DNA of 64,000 nucleotides, taken from the NCBI GenBank assembly GCA_944367415.1, contig CALVWN010000035.1, forward strand, positions 1,212 to 65,211, given 5' to 3'. This stretch comes from an uncultured Clostridia bacterium (GTDB lineage: Bacteria; Bacillota; Clostridia; Christensenellales; Borkfalkiaceae). Shown here one piece after another: positions 8,803 to 19,400 of the stretch; within the stretch, counting starts at the first letter, position 1, and each line of letters begins with the position of its first letter. Under the pieces are notes generated by a model, which had not been told where the DNA came from, made no database searches, and saw only the letters and a list, made by a program, of their open reading frames with translations. Made by a program: the position numbers and the translations under genes.

Positions 8803-8875
8803 AATTTTCCCTGCGAGCCTTGACAACGGCGGGCGGATGGGGTATAATACGGGTAAGTTTTTCGGAGGTGAATGT

Positions 8876-9196
8876 ATGGCAAACAAAGGTTGGAAACAAG
8901 CTCTGGAAAAAGTGTTCGACGTGATCGGCGAGATCCTCGCGGTCATCTACATCCTGGTGTTCGCGCTGCTGCTCATCGACGCGCAGTGGGCGTTCATCAG
9001 CAAGGTCGACTGGCTGTACAATGTGTTCACGATCATCTGGCAGTACGGCGCGTTCGTCATCGCCGCGATCGTGGGGCTGGAGGCAATGGTCAAGCGCAAT
9101 ATGCTGTTCTTCCTCATCTTCTGCGTGCTGCTTGCCGTCTGCGTCATCTTTCTGTTCTTCCCGGGAACATATGAGAGCCTGATCCGTCTCATCTGA
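8876..9196 (+). CDS. hypothetical small membrane protein (106 aa)
   Basis: ATG at 8876 follows GGAGGTGAATGT. Three hydrophobic segments are visible. A terminator follows. Confidence 0.55.
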   Translation: MANKGWKQALEKVFDVIGEILAVIYILVFALLLIDAQWAFISKVDWLYNVFTIIWQYGAFVIAAIVGLEAMVKRNMLFFLIFCVLLAVCVIFLFFPGTYESLIRLI

Positions 9197-9211
9197 ACAA
9201 GCAAGATCGTC

Positions 9212-9238
9212 TGCCCGCCTTTTCAGGCGGGTTTTTTC
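9212..9238 (+). terminator. Rho-independent terminator
   Basis: Stem CCCGCCT / AGGCGGG, loop TTTC, then TTTTTT. Confidence 0.75.
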
Positions 9239-9324
9239 GTTTCCCGAAAAAAACTTGCCGGAAGCCCTTGCAAGTCGGCCGAAAGTATGATAAGATATTG
9301 CGAGAAGTCCGTACAGGAGAGACT

Positions 9325-10230
9325 ATGAATCAGGCAACCAAAGAGAAACCGCATCTGACGGCGCGCGTCGTCGTGTCGGCGGGATGTTCCATCCTGCTTT
9401 CCGGGATCGTGCGCGCGCTTGCGATCTATATGTTCACCACGCCCAACCAGTTCGCCCCGGGCGGCATCAACGGCATCGCCGTGCTGCTGGAAGCGCTCAC
9501 GCAGATCAACTCGGGATATTTCCTCATCATGCTCAACGTGCCGCTCTTCTTTGTGGCGTTCTTCCTCATCGGGAAGTTCGGGGCGGTGGTCTCCACGCTC
9601 TCCATGCTCTTTACGTCGGGGCTGCTCATCGTCTTTGAATATATCCCCGGCATGGAATATCTCTGCTATGCGCCCGAATACAATGCCATCCTCGCGGCGA
9701 TCGCGGGCGGCGTGCTTCTGGGCGTCGCGCTCGCAGTCACCATCAAGAGCTGCGGCACGAGCGGGGGAACGACGGTGCTTGCCTCCCTCGTCAACAAAAA
9801 ATACCGCAATCTCAGCGTGAGTGCCATGACGAGCGTCTTTGACGCCTGCGTCGTGCTTGCGTCCTTCTTTGTCTACCATCAGGGCGAGCCGTTCGCGGTC
9901 AAACTCGACCCCGTGCTGCTCGCGCTCGTCTCCCTGTTCGTCACGAGCGAGATGAGCGACGCCATTCTGCGCGGCTTCAAGGTGGCGTACCGCTTCGAGA
10001 TCATCACCGATCAGCCCGAGGAGATCGCCCGCGAGATCATGGATTGCCTGCATCACGGGGTGACGGAGCTGAACGGCATCGGGATGTATTCGCATCACGA
10101 GCGCTCCGTGCTCGTCTGTGTCATCCGCAAGCGGCAGGTGGGGGAGGTGCAGCGCATCCTCCGCAAGTATCCCGGAACGTTCGCCTCCTTCGCGCCCGTC
10201 TCCGAGGTGTACGGGAAATTCCTCAAGTGA
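9325..10230 (+). CDS. YitT family (DUF2179-containing) membrane protein
   Basis: ATG at 9325 follows CAGGAGAG. The translation has the TTPNQFAPGGINGIAVLL motif typical of YitT, and a C-terminal soluble domain (ITDQPEEIAREIM...GVTELNGIGMYS). Confidence 0.85.
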   Translation: MNQATKEKPHLTARVVVSAGCSILLSGIVRALAIYMFTTPNQFAPGGINGIAVLLEALTQINSGYFLIMLNVPLFFVAFFLIGKFGAVVSTLSMLFTSGLLIVFEYIPGMEYLCYAPEYNAILAAIAGGVLLGVALAVTIKSCGTSGGTTVLASLVNKKYRNLSVSAMTSVFDACVVLASFFVYHQGEPFAVKLDPVLLALVSLFVTSEMSDAILRGFKVAYRFEIITDQPEEIAREIMDCLHHGVTELNGIGMYSHHERSVLVCVIRKRQVGEVQRILRKYPGTFASFAPVSEVYGKFLK

Positions 10231-10382
10231 GGGCGGCGCGATCATGCATAAATGTCGGATAAACGGCAATGTTTTTGCCGATCCGGCATTTTTTTGTGTA
10301 TTTTTTTTGGTTATTTGTTTTATTTATACTCTTTCTAATAAAAATTGATCGAACGGAAAATGAGAATTTTGCCCTCATTTGC

Positions 10383-10413
10383 TTGACAGAACGGGGGGAG
10401 AATTTGTTATACT
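10383..10413 (+). promoter_or_regulatory. candidate promoter of the first giant lipoprotein gene
   Basis: TTGACA (10383-10388), 19 nt, TGTTATACT (TATACT at 10408-10413). The spacer is long, so confidence is low. It sits at the end of an AT-rich island. Confidence 0.35.
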
Positions 10414-10489
10414 ATATTATAAGTGCAAAGCTGCAAACAAACGCGCTTTGTTTCCGAAGAGAATCAACCAAGGAGAGAAAGGAGATAAT

Positions 10490-13400
10490 ATGAAAAATCC
10501 TGCCCGCAAAACATGGTTTGCCGCGCTTGGGATGCTCATGCTTCTGCTGCTGTCCGTCTTTGCCGCGGCGTGCGCGTCCCAAACGTACACGCTGACGTTC
10601 GAGACGAACGGCGGCACGCCGGTCGCGTCCATCACGGCGGAAGCAGGCGCCGCCGTGACGCCGCCCGCCGATCCCGAAAAGGACGGGGCGGTCTTTGACG
10701 GCTGGTACACATCCGCCGATTTTTCCGGCGAGGCAGTGGAGATCCCCTCCGTCATGCCCGCGGAAAACATCACCTACTACGCAAAATTTACCGAGATGCA
10801 GCAGGCGACCCTCACGCTGGACGCGGGGCTCGGTTCGCTGGAGACGACTTCCTATCAGCTGGAGGTCGGCACGGACGTCTATGCGTTCGTCTCGTCCATC
10901 GTTCCCTCTGCGGCGCAGGGGCTGACGTTCGGCGGCTGGTTCGTCGGTGACAGCGAGACGCTGCTCGCCGTCGGAACGCGCCTTCCCGCCGCGGGGCTGT
11001 CGCTCACCGCACGCTATACGGTGACGTATTCCGTCGAAGTGTATCTCCAGGCGGAGCCGGAGAGCGATGATTACACGCTTGACGCGGATGCGGGCGTCGA
11101 GGGCGGCAGCGGATTTGTCGGCGAGACGGTGGATCTTTCCTCCACGCTCGGCTCGGTGACCGGCTATACGCTCAATGCGTCGCTCACGCAGCCCGTCACG
11201 CTCTCCGCAGATGGCGCAAATGTTTACAAGGCGTATTACGACCTGCGGGCTTACAATCTCATCTATTACAACAACGTGCCGGAGGGGGTGGACGCCGAAG
11301 TCGATCAGAGGATCCAGACGGTGTACTACAACACGGCGACGGAAGTGCTGACAAACGACTGGTCGATGGAGGGCTACCGCTTTGCGGGTTGGTCGCTCGG
11401 CGACCCCTCGGCGACCGCCAAGATCGACTATGAGGAGGGGGACACCATCACGGCGACGGGTTCCGTCATCCTCTACGCCTGCTGGAACCGCGGTCTGACC
11501 GACGCCAACGGCGGCAGCGATATCCTCTATGTCCTGCGCGAGAAAGCGGGAACCATTCTTCTGGAGCGCGAGCTTCTCGGAACGAAGGAGGGCAATTACG
11601 ACGCGGAAACGCGGGCGTTCTATTTCGGGGAGGGCAACGAGGACAACGCGCTTCCCCGCGGCCGCGTCTCCGCCGACGGAACGTCGTTTGTCTATTTCAA
11701 CGAACAATATGACGGCATCGAGTATGCGTTCTATGATATGGGAACGCAGGAGCTTGTTCCCGGCGTCAGCCTGACGATCGACGGCATTGACGGCGCGACC
11801 TATGTCAGCGGAGGCGATACGCTGACGGGCACCTATCTTCCGGAGGACGGGGAATATCTGTTCACTTCTTCCGACGGGACGACTTCGTTCTATTTCCGGT
11901 TTGCGACCTATCGGGAGACGGCCGGCGCAGAGCCGCAGGACGTCTTTGTCGTGCAGGACGGCTATGCGGACAGCTATGCGTACAATACCGGGAGCGGGAT
12001 CTCGCTCTTTCCCTTCCTCGTGCTTGACGGCTACGGAAACGCGACGTATATAGAGAGCTTTTCCACGATGCTGTCCGGAACGTACACGGTAGAGGGCGAT
12101 CATCTCATTCTTCTCTCGCTGGTCAACGAGTCGGAGACCATCGAGCGGCTCGTCCGGGTCGGCACGCTCTCCGGCGAAAGCTCGACTTCGGCGGTTTTCG
12201 TGTTCTCGGACGGCGTGCGCGGGAGCTATTCCTTCCGCTATGAAACAAGCGCATCCGGCGCCGGAATGATGACCGTCGAATTGGACGGCTTCGGAAGCGC
12301 CGAACTGTCCTTTGTCGCCGACAGCGGCGAAAAGGCGTCGGACAGCGGCGAATATACCTTCCTCGGCACCTATGTCCGGGATGAAAAGACGTACGGCACG
12401 GCGCGGATTCTGGTCGGCGACGACACGACGGTCACGACGTATACGATCACTTTCGAGTATGACGCATCCCTCGAGGCGCATACGGCGCTGCTTGTCGGCA
12501 ACGAGGCGGGCATCTACTCCGAGTACAATGCCGTGAGCGGATTCACCGCAAGTATGCTCATGTACGGCAACGGAGTCGCGGCGCTGTATTTTGCGATGCA
12601 GGACGGGGCGACGCAGCCGCTCATGGAGGGGAGATACCTGCCCCGCACCGGGGAAACCGACATCTATACCTTTGAAGCGACCTCCTATGCCGAAGGGTTC
12701 GAGGAGACGCTGCGCGAGGCATACGGCTCGTTTACCTTCCGCCTCTATGCGGGCAACGGCGTGTTTATCATGTCGGACGGCGCGGAAGGCACCTATTCCT
12801 TTGCGATGGGTTCAAATTCTCAGTGGACGATCACCTGCAACGGGTTCGGCAGCGCCACCGTCACGCAGAACGGCGCGGATGCGGGAACGATCTTCTATAC
12901 GCTCTTGGAAGGGTACGGAAACTATCATTTCATCCGCTTCGGCGTCAATTACGGCAGTTATATTCTGTACTATTATCTGCGAGTCGATCTGGATACGGTG
13001 CAGGCCGGCGTTGCCAATCAGGTCGAGGCATTCAGCAGTCTGATGGGCGTCTACGGCGATCTCGGAAACCGGATGGCGGATCATACCGAGGCGCTCATGC
13101 TCTATCCGGACGGAACGGCGATCATCCGGGTCTATACCGACCTCGAGACGGAGACGTATATCACCATCGAGGGAACGTATGCGAGCGTCGAAGAGCCGAG
13201 CGGGCTGTATCAGTTCAAGGCGGCAAGCACCCCCGCGGCGGAATATGCCGCCTATGCGGATTTCCTGTTCAGCGCAGGAACGCTGTCGGGCAGTTCCGTC
13301 TTCTGCTATTACCGCGAAGGGGAGGCTGCCGAGCTGACGCTCTACGGGGAGACGCTCGAATTGAGCGGCTACGGGATCGCCTCGTACGGGAATACCAATT

Positions 13401-16174
13401 ACTATTATTACTTTGAGAACAGTGGAGAGCAGACGTATTTGTGCATCTCCTCCTTTACGGGAAGCCTGCTGTACCGCATCCTCTATGATCCCGAAACGAA
13501 TACCATCGTCGAAGAGCCGGGAGAGGAGCAGGGTTCCTACTTCTCCTATCTGCGCAACGAAGAGGATACCGCATACGTTGTCGGCAACTACGTCCTCACG
13601 CTGGACGGATACGGCGGTGCGACGCTGCTCGGGCTTGACAGCGCGGCGGAAAATTACACGCAGCTTGCGGCGGGAACATACGAGATGGACGGCGATATCT
13701 GCGAGCTGACCTGGACGAGCGGCGAGATCGGCAACTTCGTCTGCATCTTCTCCACGGCGACGGTCAACGGCAGCGCGACGCCGACGTATATCGTCGGAAA
13801 CGCGTCGCTCGAGAGGGTGTTCCGGACGGCGGACGGCGGTACGGTCGTCGAATGTGATCAGTTCGGCAGAGTTACCTATACGCAGGGAGAAGAAGTCTCC
13901 AATGCCGGCTATGCCGTCACGGAAAATGCGACGACCGGGCAGAGAATGCTCTATGTCATCGTCTACAATGCAAGCGGCGCGCAGACGGCGGCGTATATCT
14001 ACCGCATTGAAGCGGACGGCGAAACGATCACCGCAACGGACGGAAGAGTGGGGTCGTACGCGCTCCTGGAAGGGGAAAAGATCTATCCTTCCGCGACGCT
14101 CGTTCTGGACGGCTTCGGCAACGCGACGTACACGCAGAGAGACGGAACGGTGTACGAGGGCAAATATGCAGCGGTCGAGGGCAGTGAAACCGAATGGACG
14201 TTCACGTCCGGAGAAGGCGTCAGTTTTACGTTCACGCTGATCTCCGTTACGACGGTGGACGGGCAGGCGACGTCCGCATTTATCATCTACAACGAGAAGT
14301 GGGATGCGGAGCTTTCCTCCTCCGACTGGCAGTTCATCACGGTCAACGGTTACATGAGCGCAACGCTCATCGACTTCTACGGCAGAGTTTATACGGCAAA
14401 CTACAACGTTCTCGGCAGCGGAAGCGTCCTGCACCTGTACAGCACCTCGCTGGGCGACAGATACTTCTCGGTCAGCGGCGAGACGTTCACCGAGATCGAG
14501 GATGACTTCATCGTCGAAGACGGCGTGCTGCTCGCCTATCAGGGCGATGGCGGTGCGATCACCATCCCCGACGGCGTGACAGAGATCGCAGACAGCGTGT
14601 TTTATCTGCGCACGGACGTCACGAGCGTCGACCTCAACGAAGTCGAGATCGTCGGCACCTACGCCTTCCAGGCAAACGTCATCACGTCCTTCACGGGAAC
14701 GGAGAATGTGACGACGATCGCAGCGTATGCGTTCTATCAGAGCATTTATCTCACTTCCGTCTCCTTCCCCAACGTCGTGACGGTCGGGGAATACGCGTTC
14801 GCGCGCAGCACCGCGCTCGAGAACGTCTCCTTCGGCGACAAGCTGACCAGAATCGGGGCGAGCGCCTTTGCGCACTGCGCCGCATACAACGACGGCGTGT
14901 TCACGCTCACCCTCGCAGGCAGCGTGCCTGAAATGGGCGAGAACGTCTTTGACGCGTGCGGAACGCTCGGCGTGTATGTCGCCGTCTCCGATCTTGCGGC
15001 GGTCAGCGCATACCGCACGGCGTGGGCGAGCACCTATGCGGACTACGTCGGCCTCGCACTCACGGGTGCGGCAGCCGAGCTTGCGGGAACGTACTACACC
15101 GATCTTGACGCGGAGAACGCGGCAATGCTCGTGCTCGGCGCGCAGGTCATGCTCAACGGCAAGGCGATCGGCGTCTATACCGTCGAAGGCACGGCGCTCA
15201 CCGTGACGATGTTCGACGGAACTTCTGCGGCGGTCGGCACGATCGACGGAACGGAGTGCATCTCGATCACGCTCGGCGGCGTCGCCTACACCTTCTATCC
15301 GGAGGGCACGGAGCGCACGTTCAGCAAGAGCGGCTCCGATCGGTCGCTCACGATCGCGCTCGGCTACGGCAAGACGACGGGGCTTTACAACGGCGGATCG
15401 GTGGAAGTCGTCCTCGGCGACACGATCTACTTCCTGCTCGACGGCTACCGCCACACGCTGACGCTCGACATGGCGGAGGGCACCTATACGGAAGATGTCG
15501 CGTTTGAGAGCTACACCGTGGAATACCTGCTTCCGTATGAAAATATTGGCAACAACGAATTGTCGATCGTGTTCGGCAGCGTGGACAAAAAGACGGTGTC
15601 GTTCGGCGATAATCACAAATTTTATTTGATCGACGGTCGTACGGGCACTAACGGAAAGGTACATGCGGAAAATGGCAATACGGGCGCATGGCAGATCGAA
15701 TGGGTGCGTGCGGACGATGCCGCGCAGACGGTGACCTATCGGATCATGGCGCCGTATGCAAGATTCAGTTCCAGCGCTGGGCAATATTTGGTCTATCAGT
15801 ATTACATCCTTGCGACCGTGAGCGTCTCCGAGGAGACGATCGAGGCGGGGACGGGAACGTTCAGTTTCTGTCTTGAAAAGACGGTCTACCCCGAGACGAC
15901 GGTCGGAGAGGAGGCGGTGACGCTGACCGCAACGTACGAACAGCCTGCGGACGGCGCGAGCGGAACGGGGGCGATCAGCTCCTTCACGCTGCAGATCGAC
16001 GGGGAGACCGTGACGATCGAGTCGTTCTCCTTCGAAACGGGTGCCTCTTCGAGAGAAGTCTATACGGGTACGGTTTCCGACGGAACCTATGCGGGGACGT
16101 TCGTGATCACGTTCTCCGTGTCGGCATCGGTTGGCAGGTCGATCTATTCGATCGAATACACGCCTGCGGAATAA
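10490..16174 (+). CDS. giant surface lipoprotein (1894 aa): Listeria-Bacteroides repeats, about 11 tandem beta-rich modules, BspA-type LRR block
   Basis: ATG at 10490 follows AAGGAGAGAAAGGAG. The signal peptide ends VFAAAC. Repeats of the form YTLTFETNGG...FDGWY...YYAKF are Listeria-Bacteroides type. A recurring LDG[FY]G.AT...GTY module spans 11.8-14.4 kb. The LRR block is DGVTEIADSVF...VGEYAFA...IGASAFAHC. Stop is TAA. Confidence 0.85.
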   Translation: MKNPARKTWFAALGMLMLLLLSVFAAACASQTYTLTFETNGGTPVASITAEAGAAVTPPADPEKDGAVFDGWYTSADFSGEAVEIPSVMPAENITYYAKFTEMQQATLTLDAGLGSLETTSYQLEVGTDVYAFVSSIVPSAAQGLTFGGWFVGDSETLLAVGTRLPAAGLSLTARYTVTYSVEVYLQAEPESDDYTLDADAGVEGGSGFVGETVDLSSTLGSVTGYTLNASLTQPVTLSADGANVYKAYYDLRAYNLIYYNNVPEGVDAEVDQRIQTVYYNTATEVLTNDWSMEGYRFAGWSLGDPSATAKIDYEEGDTITATGSVILYACWNRGLTDANGGSDILYVLREKAGTILLERELLGTKEGNYDAETRAFYFGEGNEDNALPRGRVSADGTSFVYFNEQYDGIEYAFYDMGTQELVPGVSLTIDGIDGATYVSGGDTLTGTYLPEDGEYLFTSSDGTTSFYFRFATYRETAGAEPQDVFVVQDGYADSYAYNTGSGISLFPFLVLDGYGNATYIESFSTMLSGTYTVEGDHLILLSLVNESETIERLVRVGTLSGESSTSAVFVFSDGVRGSYSFRYETSASGAGMMTVELDGFGSAELSFVADSGEKASDSGEYTFLGTYVRDEKTYGTARILVGDDTTVTTYTITFEYDASLEAHTALLVGNEAGIYSEYNAVSGFTASMLMYGNGVAALYFAMQDGATQPLMEGRYLPRTGETDIYTFEATSYAEGFEETLREAYGSFTFRLYAGNGVFIMSDGAEGTYSFAMGSNSQWTITCNGFGSATVTQNGADAGTIFYTLLEGYGNYHFIRFGVNYGSYILYYYLRVDLDTVQAGVANQVEAFSSLMGVYGDLGNRMADHTEALMLYPDGTAIIRVYTDLETETYITIEGTYASVEEPSGLYQFKAASTPAAEYAAYADFLFSAGTLSGSSVFCYYREGEAAELTLYGETLELSGYGIASYGNTNYYYYFENSGEQTYLCISSFTGSLLYRILYDPETNTIVEEPGEEQGSYFSYLRNEEDTAYVVGNYVLTLDGYGGATLLGLDSAAENYTQLAAGTYEMDGDICELTWTSGEIGNFVCIFSTATVNGSATPTYIVGNASLERVFRTADGGTVVECDQFGRVTYTQGEEVSNAGYAVTENATTGQRMLYVIVYNASGAQTAAYIYRIEADGETITATDGRVGSYALLEGEKIYPSATLVLDGFGNATYTQRDGTVYEGKYAAVEGSETEWTFTSGEGVSFTFTLISVTTVDGQATSAFIIYNEKWDAELSSSDWQFITVNGYMSATLIDFYGRVYTANYNVLGSGSVLHLYSTSLGDRYFSVSGETFTEIEDDFIVEDGVLLAYQGDGGAITIPDGVTEIADSVFYLRTDVTSVDLNEVEIVGTYAFQANVITSFTGTENVTTIAAYAFYQSIYLTSVSFPNVVTVGEYAFARSTALENVSFGDKLTRIGASAFAHCAAYNDGVFTLTLAGSVPEMGENVFDACGTLGVYVAVSDLAAVSAYRTAWASTYADYVGLALTGAAAELAGTYYTDLDAENAAMLVLGAQVMLNGKAIGVYTVEGTALTVTMFDGTSAAVGTIDGTECISITLGGVAYTFYPEGTERTFSKSGSDRSLTIALGYGKTTGLYNGGSVEVVLGDTIYFLLDGYRHTLTLDMAEGTYTEDVAFESYTVEYLLPYENIGNNELSIVFGSVDKKTVSFGDNHKFYLIDGRTGTNGKVHAENGNTGAWQIEWVRADDAAQTVTYRIMAPYARFSSSAGQYLVYQYYILATVSVSEETIEAGTGTFSFCLEKTVYPETTVGEEAVTLTATYEQPADGASGTGAISSFTLQIDGETVTIESFSFETGASSREVYTGTVSDGTYAGTFVITFSVSASVGRSIYSIEYTPAE

Positions 16175-16191
16175 TTTCACACAGATTTCAG

Positions 16192-16221
16192 AATGGGGTC
16201 GCCTGCGGGCGACCCCATTTT
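16192..16221 (+). terminator. Rho-independent terminator
   Basis: 12-bp stem AATGGGGTCGCC / GGCGACCCCATT, loop TGCG, short T tract. Confidence 0.8.
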
Positions 16222-16336
16222 GCATACTGTACGGACTTTTATATAATTTATTCCGATAAAACGACAGAACCGATAACTATAATTCATAATTATGCATAAT
16301 ATCCGCTATATTGATAGCAAAATTTGATCGATTGAT

Positions 16337-16366
16337 TTGACATCGGTGACAGATTTGTGATAAAAT
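16337..16366 (+). promoter_or_regulatory. candidate promoter (extended -10) of the 3277-aa gene
   Basis: TTGACA (16337-16342), 18 nt, TGATAAAAT (TAAAAT at 16361-16366). This leaves a leader of about 105 nt containing the hairpin GTTTCCG-GGCGGG-CGGAAAC. Confidence 0.5.
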
Positions 16367-16473
16367 AAGAACATGAAATGTTTCCGGGCGGGCGGAAACG
16401 ACCTTTGAACAGCGGCGCTGCCTGTGCGGTGCGGCTGTTTCGTGGAACATTGGAAAAATCATGGAGGTGTGCT

Positions 16474-19400
16474 ATGAGGCTTAAGAAGTGGCTGATCGGC
16501 GTTCTGACGGTCATCATGTCGCTGACGACGCTCTTTGCGATCGCGGCGTGCAAGGAAGATGAACCCATCGACGAAGAGCAGCCTTTTCAGGAAGGGCCTG
16601 AAGTGGGTGTCTATTATTATGACACCGGCCTGGAAGAGTATCAGATCGTTTTAAGCGGAAACAATCAGTTTACCTTCCTGGTCATGGGGGAGAACAAGAC
16701 AGGTACATACACTCTGACGGACACGACCCTTGTTCTTGATTTTGCGCGCGCAGAGGACGGGGAGGTGACGGCGACGCTGTCCGACGACGTTCTGTCGCTC
16801 ACCTGGCAGGATTCTGCGATGCGGTTCCTCAGGCAGATCAGCTACAGCGTCACGTTTGACGCGCAGGAGGGGAGCGCCGTCGGATCGGTCTCGGTCATCA
16901 ACGGCAAGACGATCTCCCGTCCGGACGATCCCGTGCGCGACGGGTACGTCTTTGTGGGCTGGTACACGGATACCGCGCACACGACTCCCTTCATGTTTGA
17001 CGCGCAGCCGGTCACGTCCAATCTCACGCTCTATGCCTATTGGCTGCAAAAGACGCCCGGTTCGAACGAGTATACGGTCGATTTCGACCTCGGCTATGAT
17101 GCCGAGGCGCCTGCCGCTATGCAGACGACGGCGGGCTGCCTTGTCAGCCTTCCCGCGCCCGAGCGCGAGGGGTATACCTTCCTCGGGTGGTATGTGAGTG
17201 CGTCCGATTCTGCCGAAAAGCTGACGTATGAATATACGGTCGGGACGAAACTCAATGAGAATACGACCTTGTATGCGCTTTGGGAGGAGGACGGTGACGA
17301 GCTCGCCGCGCCCGCAGTCAGCGTGACTGCGACGGGGGTGACGTGGAACGCCGTCAGCGGCAGCGCCATCTACTTTGTGACGATCACCGGCCCCGATCAG
17401 GAGACGCTCGTCGACAATGCGCGTGTGCAGACGACGTATTATGAATTCGATTTCACCGCGCAGGAAGCGGGCGAATACCTTGTATCCGTCAGCGCTTCTT
17501 CCAACCTCGCGGGTACGGGAACGCTCGCGACCGCCTCGCGGTACTATGTCAACCGCGCGCTCGCCCGCGTCTCCGTCTTTGATGTCGTCGAGCCGTCCGC
17601 GCTCATCTTCGAGGGCGTTCCCAACGCGGAGCGCTATTACCTCACGATTGACTGCGGCAACGATGCGCATACGCACGATATGGTCGCTCTCGGCAAGATG
17701 ACCAGCTATAACTTTGCAAACTGCCCGATGCAGGAGGGCGGCATCCGCTTCGTCGTGACGGCGGAGGCAGACGGATATGTCTCTTCCGTGTCCAAGGAAT
17801 TTGTCTATAACCGTGAACTTGCACAGGTCACGGGCCTTGTGTATGAGGCGGAGACGCAGACCTTCTATTGGGATGCGGTCGCCGATGCGATGGGGTACGT
17901 CGTCGCCGTCAACGGCACCACGGCGGAGATCGGAAACGTCATGAGCTACAGCGTCGACGCGTTTGCCGCGGGGGAGATCGTATTCAGCATCTATCCCGTC
18001 ACGAAGGGCTATAATTCGCCCGTCGCAAGCACCATGACGGTGACCAAGGCGGAGCCTGCAACGCCCGCAAACATTCATGTGAACGATGCGAACTGTATCG
18101 TCTGGGATGCCGTTGCCGGCGCGACGTCTTACACGCTTTCCATCAACGGAACGACCTATTCCGAGACGGAAAACTCCTTCGATCTTGCGCAGATCATCGG
18201 GGAGGGCGTCCTCGAGGGGACGACGTTCACGGTGTCCGTGCGCGCCAATTCGGACGCCGCAAGTTCGCTTTGGAGCAAAGAACAGACGCTGGAATACCTC
18301 GTCATGGGCGGTCAGCTCAAGTATTCCGCAAATGTGTTCTCCTGGAACGACGTCGTTGGCGCGGAGTATTATGATGTTCAGGTCAACGACGGCGACATCG
18401 TCACCGTGCGCGACGCGAACAGCGCCGTCGTCAGACTCACGCAGGCGGGCAACAACATTCTGCGCGTCCGTTTCGGAAACGCAAGCTATCTGTCCGACTG
18501 GAGGGAACTGACGGTCTTCGCCTACGAGATCGCCTTCGATTCCCGCGGCGGAACGGCGGTTCCCAGCGTCTATGTCGCCAACGGCGATGCGATCTCTTAT
18601 CCCGAAGATCCCGAGCGGGAGGACTACCGCTTCGACGGATGGTATACCGTGCCGGGCGGCGCGGAGGCAAACGGCGCACAGTACGGCGATCAGATCTTTG
18701 CGGAGGGCGCAAACCTCATTCTGTATGCAAACTGGGTCTGGATCCCTACGCCTTCCACGGTCACGCTGAATGCCCACTACGGCGCGCTGACGGAGGATGT
18801 CGTCGAAGTCCTCTACGGGATGGATTACACCCTTGAAGTGCCTGCCAACACGCAGGAGCGCGACGAGCGGTATGTGTTCAACGGCTGGTTCTCCGAACCC
18901 AACGGCAACGGCATCCGCTACACCGATATGAACGGACAGGGCGTCTCCGCATGGCCCACGAAGGGCGACACGACGCTGTATGCGTCCTGGCTCGAAGTAT
19001 TCTCGTTCACGCAGACGGTCGACGCGGTCGGCAACACCGTCTATGCGGTCGCAAAAGGCCCCGAGATCGGCCGTATGTCGAGCATCACCATCCCTGCGAC
19101 CTACAAGGGCGTACTTGTCGCCCGTATCTACAGCGGCGCCTTCGATGAATGTATCACGCTGACCGAGATCAATGTTCCCGACAGCATCGTCACCATCGGT
19201 TCCGTCTCGACGTCCGACGCAATGGGCGCATTCTCCGGCTGTATCAGCCTGATGAATGTCAACGTGTACGAAGCGGAGGGCGATCACGACGTCTACTATT
19301 GGTCGGAGGACGGCGTCCTCATCTATGACAATCCTCAGACACAGCTGACGCGTCTCGTCTACTATCCCGAAGCGCGCCGCGGTGCCTATCGCATTCCCGA

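Noticed and set aside
12812-16225. Very long antisense ORFs inside the giant genes: 12812-16225, 10412-12481, 16651-20127, 20200-24156, 24820-26313, 41174-41908 and 43433-46741, all on the minus strand.
   Set aside because: They lie fully inside much longer sense ORFs that have clear domain repeats. Their translations are Arg/Asp/Gly/His-rich low-complexity sequence typical of the reverse frame of GC-rich coding DNA. None has an RBS or a recognisable motif.
16378-16473. Upstream in-frame ATG at 16378, which would extend the 3277-aa protein by 32 residues. The analogous case for the first giant gene is the ORF-track (non-ATG) start at 10379.
   Set aside because: The extensions precede the signal peptides, have no RBS, and would bury the lipobox signal sequence. 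The ATGs at 16474 and 10490 have strong GGAGG-type RBSs.
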